A stretch of 64,000 nt of DNA. It comes from Epithemia pelagica (lineage: Eukaryota; Protista; Bacillariophyta). Location of the stretch: the NCBI GenBank assembly GCA_946965045.2, contig OX337233.1, positions 1,054,001 through 1,118,000 of the forward strand. Direction: 5' to 3'. Positions 31,352 through 42,624 of this stretch are shown here, in pieces. The notes below the pieces were generated by a model. The model saw only the letters and a list, made by a program, of their open reading frames with translations, was not told where the DNA came from and ran no database searches. Each line of letters begins with the position of its first letter. Within the stretch, counting starts at the first letter, position 1. The translations under genes and the position numbers were made by a program.

Positions 31352-34300
31352 TTAGGAGAGTGAAACGGTCCTGCTGATAACAGGACGCCAGGTGTTAATC
31401 CAGGAGCGAAGCAGAAACGAGGAAGTTTCCGCTTCGAAGTGGGCATCGGTAGAAGAGTAGAAAATATCACGATAAGCCACGGGAACTTGATGTTGTAGAT
31501 CATAAAGAGCACAGACTTCGCGTTGAGCTTGAGCGTAAGCAGCTGCTTCAATAGTAGGTGGTGTATTGCCATGGACGTCTTGGTTCCGAGTTATCCAAAG
31601 AGTGTGAATATGTTTCCACATGATTTTTATGGAGCCTGTGACAAAGTGTGAGCCAGAGATCGAGCGTGTAGCAAGGTTCCGTTGAGAAAGATATGAATCT
31701 TGAAATCGACTCCACAACCGCGAGAAGCGTCCGAGGAAAAGTTGCTCAAAGCCAACAAGTCGTTGGTTGGTGATAAGGGTGCGATAAAGATCGGGAAAAG
31801 TAGGGAACACAGGTGGAAGATTTGCAAGCCAAGAATGGATCATTTCGGTCAGAATCAAGGACAAGTTAGGATCAAGGTGCTGATGTCGCCAAAATTGTTG
31901 TAGTCCGGTAACCATAGAGCCTTTCCATTGACGGTGAGGACAGCGTAGAAAGTGCGTTCGAGTCTCAACAACAGGTGGAGTGCAAAGAGGACACGTTTCC
32001 GAGTAAAACACTGCATAACGTGAGCGTAGGTATCCAAGGGGGAGCCAGTCATGGATGAATTTTATCAGAAAATGGCGCCGGGCGAAAGAGGCTTTGATGA
32101 CGCGGCCATGGGCAGGCCAATCGATTGAGTCATACACCGAGAGAGGCCAGTCGTACTTGTTGGTAAGGTAATCCCGAAGAGTGGTCCATGTAGCAAGATA
32201 CCGTAGGGTACCGCGGTAGTTGGAGTGAACAGTACCGAGTGGTGTGTGGAGCATGGCTTGGCTGCCTGAAATGAGAGGAGCATGTGTGGATGAGATTGAA
32301 GCTGGGTACTCGTAATCTTCAGCAAGACGGTCTGCATCGACATTAAGTTGGGCTGGGAGTGGGAGTGTAACATAAGATCTGGTTCTGTCTTGGTGTCCAC
32401 GTACATGAAAAAACTGTGGAATCACAGGAAATTGGCGGAGAGTGTACGTGATGGATTGTTGGATATCCCAATCTGCTTCCATAGTCGAGTATGGGAAGTC
32501 GTATGCCCATTCGAGACGTTTCTTGACAGTTTGAATTAGACTTTTCGAGTCTGTATAGAGAAGAAGTTGGGACTGGAGGTGGAGACCGAGAAACTTGGTG
32601 ATGTGAAAAATGCTTCGTAGAATCGCAAGCATACCATAACTCTCAGAGCGAAAAGACGAGGTTCTGTACCCGGGAGCCGGACCGCGAAGATGGAACAGGC
32701 GTTGACCATGAGGAGTGCTGCAGATGGAGCCAAACTTGCCGGTGAAAAGAGCAGCTGAGCCGTCACTACAGAAGAGAAGTCGGTTTGTTGTTTGGAAAAC
32801 ATGATGTATCGCAGCAGTCGGACAAAGGAAGTCAAGTTGGGAGAGAAGCTGTTGGTCCCATCTGGCAAGACTAGCTGTGTACTCAAGAAATGAGTTCGGA
32901 GAAGATGGTGTGGAAGGCAGTTGCTGTGGGCGGCATGGTGACAAGAAGAATCCGGGGCCGTTTTGAGTCACATGAGCGGGAACAGCAGTGGGGGGAGGTT
33001 TCGGCGACATCTGAGACGTAGGAAGAAATAGCGGGTGTTGATACCAGTAATGGCGGTACCCTTCCTGTTCGGAGACGTAAAGTGTACAGCTGGGGCAGTC
33101 GACCAAGTATTTCCAATGGCGGTATGTTTCATGGCCTGGAACGAGCCATCGACCAAGGGGAGTCGCTAGGAGAAATTGAGTGCTTGGTTGTCGAAGGAGT
33201 TCTAGCAATTTGTGCCATTGATTCCACGCTCGAGAGCTGGGCTTTGTTTGATACGGAATCAAGCCGTGATGGGTTGAAAAGTTATCGTGACAATATTCTG
33301 TGGTGAATAGCGACAGTTTCTTGCCATCAGGAGTAACTATATCACTGAGTAAGGTGACACCCAGGTACATGCGACAAGCGTTCAGCATCTGGAGTTCCAA
33401 CGGGGTAAGAGTCAGTGACTCGAGTACAAGATCCATCAGGAATCGGTCATTCTCTCGTTGAAGTTTGGGGAGGAACGTAGCTTCGAGTTCGATGTGGCAG
33501 TTTGTTGAGTGAAGGAACTGTCGTACTTGGGGGATCCATTTCATCGGTGCAAGATATGGTATCGGAGTTGAGACGTCCTCGAAAACAGACACGCTAGTAC
33601 CAGCAAGAAACTGTGCCCAAGAGATGGCGATATTGGCTAACTTGGCAGGGACGCCAGGAGAGCGAAGACATGCCAGTAGAAGATAGGTCTGGGAGATTCC
33701 CCTTTCAACAGAGAGAGTACGAAATCCAAGGCCTCCAAGATCACTAGGTCCGTAGACAACGGCATTTGGCATATGTCGATTGAATCCGTATTTGGGTAAG
33801 AAGGCTTTTTTGAATTGCACTTGCAAAGCATTACAATGTGCATCGGACAGAGTGGAAGAAGGAAGTGGGTAGCATATGCTCGGTAAGTAAATTGCATGAT
33901 AGTAAGCCCAAGCGTCGGTTCTCGAAAACGGACTAGTAGCCATAACTGAAGCATGTTTTTGATTCTTCTTGGCAAGGGCAAGGAACAGACCTTTATCCGT
34001 ACAGAAAGGAGATTTTTGCACGCCCAATGTTTTGTGGCTGCGATACGAAGAAAGTTGTTTGATGGGAGTAGCCTGATCAGAGTCGTGAAACTTGATGGTA
34101 ATCCGTGGTCCGAAGGAGTCGGGTTGTAGTGTTGCAAGTCCGTCGACCTTGAATGTATAATAGAGAAAATGATAAGAACATTTTTCGACATTGAGAGCAC
34201 CGCCGGATAGGCTAAGTAGGTCGTTCCATCGCTGAGCGTCGCTTTGAGCTTTCTCGATATAGTGCTCAGGTGGTGCTTGACTGTCTCGAAGAAAATCGTT

Positions 34301-37300
34301 CACGCTTCCACTGGTGTCGTCTACGAATCCGATCATGTGGATTGCAGTTGATACAGAACCATCGGGGCTATGAAAGACGCTGCCGTTAGCTTTTTCGTCG
34401 TAGGTGTCGAAGAGAATTGTCGAGATGACACACCAAATAGCTGGAGAGTTTCCTGCTCCTTGCCCGGACCGTAGATTGGAAAAAGTTGACAGTGCTGGTA
34501 GTGGCGTTCTGATACGCCAAGTTGGGTTTTGAGATAATATTTCGCTTCCTCTAGTGTTTTAGCGTTGACAAACACAATAGAGCGATGTTGGCCGAAGCTT
34601 CTAGAAGCGAGACTACCGAAGGAAAGAACAATGCGGTCATAACACGCTGTCGCGTCGTAGTCAAGATGAACCAATGGGCGTTTGCTAGCCCGTGAAATTT
34701 CGTATTGTAGTTCTTCGCATAGTGTTGGGATGACGGCATCACGGCCTGGAACTCCTCCAAATTGCATTGGGTGCAGTGTCCGTTGATTGGTGCCTAATTG
34801 GATGAGTTGCCTCCATTTGATCGCTAGGACAAGGTTGTAATCTTGTTCGTAGAGATGAATGACACGAAGACGGTGAATACGTAGATTGTTGGGCTCTTTT
34901 AGGATCATCACATTGACGATGTGCTTCCATCTTTCGTAGGAGTAGTTGTTGACGAGAGCACAGTTTATAAGGCCGACTTGCCATTCGATCAGAGCTTCTC
35001 GTTTTGCTTCTACTTCTTGTCCTTCTTCGGTTGTCGTATCAAGATCATGAGGGGCAACTAGTGCTTTGCTGTGCCCTAAATGGAAACCGGATGGAGAGGT
35101 AGTTGTTGATTCGGGCCATATTTTGATTTTGCTCATCCACTCTTTTTTGGTGATCGGAGCTGGAATCGCGTCGAGAGTCACTCGTGCCTTCATGTGATCT
35201 ATAAGCGACTGTTGCATTTCGTCAAGTTCTTCGCTTTGCCAGTCGCCTTCAAGTATGAGCTCAGCTGTGTGTGTTGAGGCTCCCCAGTTACACCATTCGG
35301 AGAAGGGTGGCTCCGTGGGGAAGGTGTTATGGGCTTGTCCAAAGTGTCGTCTGTTTCTTGTCAACAATCTATCCTCGATTTCTTCAGGAGTATCAATTGT
35401 CAGCCATTCCGTGCACCCTGTGTAATCTGTCGTAGTGGGATCAGTTGGGACATCTAGTCGAGTAATTCTGGTCTTCAAATTGCCTCTACATTGCCTCAAT
35501 TTCGCATACATGGCTTTGGTACGCTCTGCAGCCATTCGGTGTTTAAGCGCTTTTGATTGTTGTTTGTTACCAGAGGCAATGGCTTGGTTAAGCTCTGCTT
35601 GTAATGCGTTGTGCCGGCGATGAACTGCGTCTTTAGTCATTTCCCGGATTTGGCGTTGGACGATCCGACATTCTTGTTGGCATGCTTCTAATGTTGTTGG
35701 GACGTTTACAACTGACTGGTTTCGTGTTGTGTATAAAATTCCAGAGTCGAATGACTTGTTCCATTTTGCAGCAGAAATCAGTTTGAGAAGCAGGTTTTTG
35801 CGAGTTCTCAAGCTAGCCAGCTGTTTGACGAAAGGAATACTGCGTGGTTTTTTAGCGCACTTGCGACTTGCGTGTTCTCCAGCTCTCTGGAAGTCTCTGT
35901 CCAGTCTTTCGGCCAATCGTGGGTTCCAATTTTCCTTGAGAGAGTCGAGTCTGCGAGCGAAGTTGTGTTGTACGCAGAACTTGTGCTTCTGTTCGATATA
36001 AACTCTGTTCGAGCTACTGTCTTTGCTCGTGAATTCTCGGCTGGCAATCGGACCAAGTTGTTGGGTACTATTCCCGAATAGACGCTCGATATTGAAGTCA
36101 ATGACCATATTCCGGTGGTCGTTTGGTATGTCTGGATGTTTGAAGGGTTCATAGCAAGCTTTTGTGACTGCGGTGGAAACGTGCGGTGTGCAGAGAGCGT
36201 AATCGATACGTTCACGACCGTTTACGAATGTTGCAAAGGAAGTGGAGCCGAGTTGTTCTCCCATCAAGTCATGCAATTGAAGTTCAGAACAAAGTTTTGT
36301 CATGCCGTCGTTTGTGTCTGACAAGGCTTCGTTGAAATCTCCTACCAGCAAAATTTCAGAGTTGCGAGCTCTGCATTGTCTGATGAAGTCAGTCAAATCC
36401 GAGATAAATGCTTCCCTTGGGTTTGCTCCTCTATTTGCTTGACGTAGCATAGACAGTTGTTGCGCCGACGCTGTAAATGATCGAACTCTGTTGTTGTCTT
36501 CTTCTCCCGCAGTCAGTAAGGATTGACGACATACTTGGTAGGCTGAGATAATTGTAAGTGTCTTGTTTCCGCGGCATGAAAAGACTTGGTAGGACCACCG
36601 GCCCATGCTGTCAGTGCCCTGAGTTGTGATTCTTCCAGTGGACTTGCCTTGTGACGCTATCAAGGTCCCGCCTGGTTTATATGGAGTATTACGTGGGGAT
36701 GTAATATTGGTACTCCCGAAACACATTCTTGAGTGCTCTGTATGTTGCTGTATTGTTGTATGGAGTGCATTTCGAACTTGGGACTGAGTTGTATCAAGAT
36801 TTGTCTCATAGAAACACCATGTGTCGGCGTCTAGTCGACTCAATTCTTCACAGTATTCCGCGAAAGTACCTCCGCTGTGTAGCAAAGTCTTGAATCCATT
36901 AGGATTGCAACCAAAGACTCTGAAGGTATTTTGTGGTTTTATATCGTCTGTTTCCGGTCCGATGAACTCATCTGTTTTATATTGGATTTCGTTTCCTTGG
37001 ATGTTGCTGTTCTCTGCGGCGTCAGGAAATTCGATGTCGTTTCTTGGGTAGTCGTCACCGTTGACACTCGTGGCGTCATCGTTGTTTGGGGTGCCTGGAA
37101 TAGTAGTCTGATGTTGTTGAGTTGTTGTGGGTGATGTGGATGTATAGTCGGCTGCGACTGCGCTCGGGGCGCTGTCGTTGTTTTCGATAACCTGTTCGGC
37201 TGTATTGTTTGTGGCGGCATTGCTCGAGGCGTTGCCGTTGTTCTCAGATTCCTGATCGGTTGTTATGGTGTTTTCGGCATTGCTCGAGGCGTCGCCGTTG

Positions 37301-37434
37301 TTCTCTGATTCCTGATCGGTAATTCTTGTAGTGAAAGGATGTATGGATAGTAGTTGTACAAAAGGATGTTGTGGTAAAGTTGTAGATATATTGTTGGTTA
37401 AATTTACAGCGCTATCCAGATTGGTCTCACTCAT
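31352..37434 (-). CDS. LINE ORF2 (~2,027 aa): AP endonuclease, reverse transcriptase, RNase H, Zn knuckle; 1-nt deletion at ~34467
   Basis: CNPNG, YETN, VGDFNE, RIDY, DHR (APE). QFGGVPGR, DATACYDR, restored YGTGQGAGNSPAIW, GFVDD (RT). CSDGS, RSESYG, YTDSKS, HVRGHQD, NVDADRLA (RNase H). CPLC...HFLRC. Confidence 0.93.
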
Positions 37435-39459
37435 GATTGCGTACTTGAGTCGGCCAAGGACTCGTCCGCGTGCAAGGAGGAGTTTGCTTGGGCCATGCTC
37501 ACATCGTTTAGCGGTGTGGCCGGTTGTTCTGAGTCGTGTTCTTTACGCTTCCTGATGGCGCCTTGTTGACTCTGTTCTGTTGGGTTTGCTTGTTCTGGAT
37601 ATTGGTATTGATAATTGTTTGGGTATTGGTTCTGATGGTTGATCGGTGGTTGTGCTTGATGGTGTGTAGGAGTTTGTGGGAGTGGCATCTGGTTCGGTGG
37701 GATTTGTTGGGGAGGCATAGGTGTTGTTTGGTGAGCTGGGAAGAGGTTGTGCGGTAGTTGTTGGAGCTGTTGAGGACTAATCGGGCTCATTCCAAAGGGA
37801 GGTTGTTGCTGATGCGGATGGACGTAATTTGGTGGGGGCATCGGGTAATTTTGAGACATCATCACCGACATTTGTTGCTGCATGGCTTTCATCATGGCTT
37901 TCATCATCTTTTCTTGTTGCGACTCGCTCTCCTCTTCTTGTTTCGACACGAACGACTTGAATGCATCTTTCAATTCTTTCAGTTCGGATTTTAGTTCTGT
38001 GCTTTCGTTTTTCATACGTTCATACTCTTCGTTGGTGACTTGACTGGTGCTAGTCTCTGTCATGGAGGATGCGACTACTGTTTGAACCGGTGCCATTGTT
38101 TTCCATACTTGTGCTGTCGGGCCAATCATTTTAGGAGGACGGGAATAAGTAGCATTTGTTTCGTTTTGAGGGTCATCTTCTCGAGCAGAATACAAAGAGT
38201 TAAGAGCCGAGACGTATGTTGCATAGATCCGCCGTGATCTGTTGATGCATCGTCGTTCTCGCCAGTTCCTTGTTGACCGTAACTCTCGTGTCGAAACGCT
38301 AGCTTTGGTGGATCATCGTACTCCTTGAGGTTTGTGAGGTTGTGTATGCGTTGTTCTTGTTGAACCATTGAGGTCAAACTCATACGAAGAGCTCCTTTGA
38401 GCGCATCGAAATGTTCTTCCGTGGTGTGAATGTTGTGGCGGCCAAGACGGTCTGTATCTTTGTGGCCAGTGATCCTGATGACACCTTCGAAATCTCGAGC
38501 GATCCGATCTTTGAGAGTCCACATAATACTGGGATGCACCCCTGACACTGGTACAATCCTGCTCTCGCCAAGATATGTGTTATGGTCGATCATGGAAGAG
38601 CTGTATACGTGCTTGTTAGTATGGCGGAACTTGTGGAATATGAACTTGGGGTCTTCTACATAAGTCTGTTGGAGCAGTTCAAGCAGGTCTTTGGCGTCGT
38701 GTTGACGACACTGTAGATCGAACGCCTTTGTCTTGTATTCATCAACTCCGTGCTTGAAGAATGGTGACAAGTAATTGCACTTGAATTTCGGAATTTTCTT
38801 GCGCGCTTTATTCGTTTTCGCAATAATCTCGAGAATAACCGATTCAACCATTTCGTCGGAAGGAATATTACTCGGATCGTATCCGACAAAAAAACTAAGT
38901 TTGAAATTCTGGTTTCGTTTTCGTTCCATAGATGTTGGGTCATCTTCGCTTTGCCAAGGCGCAACTTTTCGTAGACAGAATCATGGCGGCGTATTTCACT
39001 TAAAGAGATTTTGGAAAGAAAGCGGTGAATCACGATGTACATTGGTTTCCGACCCTTCTTTTCATTGCCCTTGGAATAATGTAGGTCGAAATGACGTAGA
39101 TATGCAGAGACTGCCTTGAAGTATTCAAGCTTTTTCTTGTTAAGTTTTGTACCTCTGTTGTCATAAATCTTAACTTCTGGGAACACTTGAGAAATCGAAT
39201 ACAAAATATCGTAATGGAGCAAGGCGATACTCTTGTTTTTATCGTCATCTGGACTGAACACGAACTTGATTGTGTACTCCTTTTCTTCGCCTTCGTAGGG
39301 GATTGGGTGATAAACAGCTGTAACGGCTGTAGCATCGTCGCTTGCATCGTGATTGTTGTTGTTATTATTATTGTTGTTATTTGTAGTGGCATTATTGTTG
39401 GGGTTTCGTTGTTCTTCGGCCATTGGAGAGTCATGGACCGAACGGGAGGGTTCCGCCAT
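37431..39459 (-). CDS. LINE ORF1 (~676 aa) with 1-nt deletions at ~38895 and ~38220
   Basis: Three overlapping ORF pieces join into one by restoring single bases (NLGFFVGYD; MQTYVSALNSLYS). Coiled coil and Q/P-rich C-terminus; its stop overlaps the ORF2 ATG. Confidence 0.8.
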
Positions 39460-39630
39460 GGTCGACGTGGTTCGCTCACCAATGACAAGGGTACTTTCAG
39501 GTTACTTTCTGGCAAAAATTAACGCGGTAATATACGAGAAACCAGAAACTATCGGACAGATAACACGAGACACTACGCCTTTCAATTTCGTCTCTCCACG
39601 AAATTATATGACACCCAAGCACCGAGAGAA

Positions 39631-39964
39631 GATCTTTCAGAGACCCCCGAAAAATCAAAGAGAATCCCTTTCCGAATATCTACTCCCAGCGTCCATATTT
39701 GTACATGACAATAGGGAGTGAGTGATTTTCCTTGTCATTATCAATGAGCAGTTATCAGCGACTCTTTTTAACCTCCTGGGAGTTCTCCTGGGACACCCAA
39801 GCACCGAGAGAACTCCCAGGAGGTTAAAAAGAGTCGCTGATAACTGCTCATTGATAATGACAAGGAAAATCACTCACTCCCTATTGTCATGTACAAATAT
39901 GGACGCTGGGAGTAGATATTCGAAAAGGGATTCTCTTTGATTTTTCGGGGGTCTCTGAAAGATC
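39631..39964. repeat. Long palindrome: 157-bp arms (39631-39787/39808-39964), 20-nt loop, one mismatch
   Basis: The arms are reverse complements from GATCTTTCAGAGACCCCCG to GGGAGTTCTC, except TTCCGAAT versus TTTCGAAT. Confidence 0.97.
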
Positions 39965-40154
39965 CACGCAAGAATGAAGGTTCAGAGAGAACATGGAAAC
40001 CAAGGGATCATTGTAAGACGTTTCTCAAGATCTTGAATAATTTGGTTGAGATACACAAGGGAGACACTCTCAATCTTCTCACGATTTCCAACAAGGCATC
40101 CACGACGAATTTGGAATCGATCGAGCGGCGAATCAAGTATATCTCAAGATATGC

Positions 40155-42306
40155 ATGGCCATGGCTGGTCGCAACTTTTTCAACAGTCTGGGTGATCCAT
40201 ATGCCCCCTCGATAGACGAGGTTCAAGCACTGTATGATACTACCCCCACGGAAAGCAATGGTGACAATAGAATCTTGTCGGCCACACTCGGCGAGTCGCC
40301 CTCCGTTTATACGCGTGGTCCTTCGAATAACTTTGTACTGGACGAGTTTCTAGATGAAAACATTCCCACGGATGATATGGCTCCCACCACAACCATCCCA
40401 CCGGGTGTCAGTGCTTCCACCGCAAGCGACGGGGTTGGACATGGAAATACTCCACTGGGTGATGTTGCTCCTCCCACTGCAAGCAACGGGGCTCCAAATC
40501 AGAATATTCCACCGGCTAATACTGGTCCTACTGCAAGCGACAGGGTTGGACATGGAAATACTCTACCGGGTGACAGCTCTCCCACCAAACGCAAGAGAAA
40601 GTTGTCGGCCCTAGAATGGTACACATGGGGGCAATGCTTTGCCAGTGCCAAAAGTGCAAAAGCAGTTGGCTTGAAGGTCGACCGGTACACGGCACTCACA
40701 TGCTTCCAAAAAGCGTTTGAAAAATCAAAAGGAACTGGGAGTGATATTCAGCATATGGCTTATAAGAAATGGAACGAGGTTGCTAAACGTCTTGCGAAGT
40801 ATTTGAAGAAAAGGCTTCCAAAGTCACGAAATGAAATCACAAACCAAGGAGACGAATTAGTGAAAGAGATTGAGGCCCGGAGGGAAGACGTGGAAAAGAT
40901 TCTGGCTGCAGAAGCAAACGGTCAAACACTTACCCCCTTTCCCATTACGACACCAACGTATGCCCTTGGTGGTCACATAAAAACAATGTTCCCAAACGAT
41001 GCTCACGCATTCGGTGGCTTCAAAGCAAACCCTCCCTTGGAGACTGATGAGTTCGAGGCATGCGCCGTACAGAGATGGGAAGTGGGACGCACATTTACAG
41101 CAAACAATTATGCCAAATCAGTGGCAAAGGACATGGATCGAAAACTTCGACGCACATTTACAGCTCAGACTTATGCCGAATCAGTGGCAAAGGACATGGA
41201 TGAAAAACTTCGTGACAAGATAAAGGAAGAGTTTGCGGCGAAGGACATGCATGAAAAACTTCGTGACAAGAAAAAGAAAGAGTTTGAGGCACCGCCGTTA
41301 TCAGTCAATGATGAAATCATGGAATTGTTTTGTTGCAAGGTATGGGGGCTATGTCACAAGAAGACCGCCCTTCAGGGTTCAACGGAAGAAAACCCGAATG
41401 AAGAGTGGAAGAAGTATTGGTTCCGAAGTCTGCGAAAGCTACCAAAAGCCATGGGAACAGCCCTAGACAATTGGTTCCGGACCATTAAAAAAACCAAAAG
41501 AGGGAATTGTTTTTTGCAGAAAGATTTAAATGTATGCTTCCTCATGATAAGCCAGGTCATCCCCAGTTTCCATCGGACAACAAGTTGGGTCTATGTCGAC
41601 CTCAGGCAGAGAAGGCCAACAAATTGAGTAACTATATCATGCAAACGTGGGAAAGTTTTCGTCAAAATGGGAGTACTATCGTGTCACTTGTACCTCTTGT
41701 CATACCAGGGACAGGCATCAACGCACATAGCGCTATTGTTGTTGCCTTCACGTTTGCACTGGAGCTAGCCAGGAAGTGGAAAAAAAAGAAAAATCCACCG
41801 AAACAAAGTGCCACAACGCTTTGTTCTCTGGTTGGACGCAAGCAATCTTCGGAATGTCTACCCATCAGCGAAACTGGTCTGTGACCGGTACTGCAGGCAA
41901 GATCCGCCCGCTGCCAAGAAGCACAAAAAAATAAACGCAACACCAAAAAATCCCGTTCAGTTTGAAGCTTCTGAGCTCCTTCGTTCTTTGTTTGACGTAC
42001 CACCAGAGGTGGCTTCATGCGTGATTGTGTTTTACGAACGTACGTGCCCCGGATACCTTTTGTGACGAATTTTTGCCAAAAGGATGGGAAGAGTGCAAAT
42101 CGATTGCGGAAATTCTGTTGGTAACAGCCCACGAAGACTACGAAAATTGCAAGCATCCTTCCATTTGCAACTATATCAAACAACATTATCTCCACTTGGA
42201 GCCTCTCAAACCATCAGCTACAGAGACCAGTCTTGGAGCAGCGTCGGTTCCTGACCCTTCTTCGTTGAGTCAACCTGACATGGCATCTTCCGAAGCCCCT
42301 GAATAA
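40155..42306 (+). pseudogene. Unknown protein with internal peptide repeats; several apparent frameshifts after ~41510
   Basis: 490-aa ORF followed by overlapping pieces (41507, 41808, 42025) that switch frame near homopolymer runs. Repeats TFTA..YA.SVAKDMD.KLR and PTASD.VGHGNT. Confidence 0.45.
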
Positions 42307-42624
42307 CAGAAAAATCAAATGCGTCAGTGGAGAAAGTTTGTGATCAGAATCCTCAATAACAGGTTTCATCAGTCCCAGAACAGTGTATTGGGCGATCATC
42401 CTTTTTACGTCAAAAAATGATCTTCTGACTTCTCTTTATTTCGAATAGACTTGTCTTTGACAATTGTCAATACTCCAAATAGCGATTCATGACACAATCC
42501 ATTCTCAGAGAGAAATCTGTTCTTACCTGATGAATATCAGTGTGACTGGATGAAGGTTTTTGTGACCGCCAAGTACTCCGAGATTCGACGAAAGTGCAAT
42601 AAAGATGTGAGGAAAGTCCGCGAT

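Larger units (their letters stand above)
31208..39609 (-). mobile_element. Full-length non-LTR retrotransposon, 8,402 bp, APE-RT-RNase H type (Ambal-like architecture)
   Basis: ORF1 plus ORF2 between 18-bp direct repeats; ~150-nt 5' UTR starting with an 8-bp hairpin (39584-39605); 3' end ...AATAGATTGTACCTTTTTT. Confidence 0.92.

Noticed and set aside
31190-39809. CRISPR-like array from the three 18-bp repeats
   Set aside because: Spacing is irregular (8.4 kb and 180 bp), the context is eukaryotic and no cas genes are present; TSD plus local duplication explains it.
39631-39964. Palindrome as a classical MITE
   Set aside because: No TSD flanks it and the loop duplicates adjacent host sequence, which favours a local inverted duplication.
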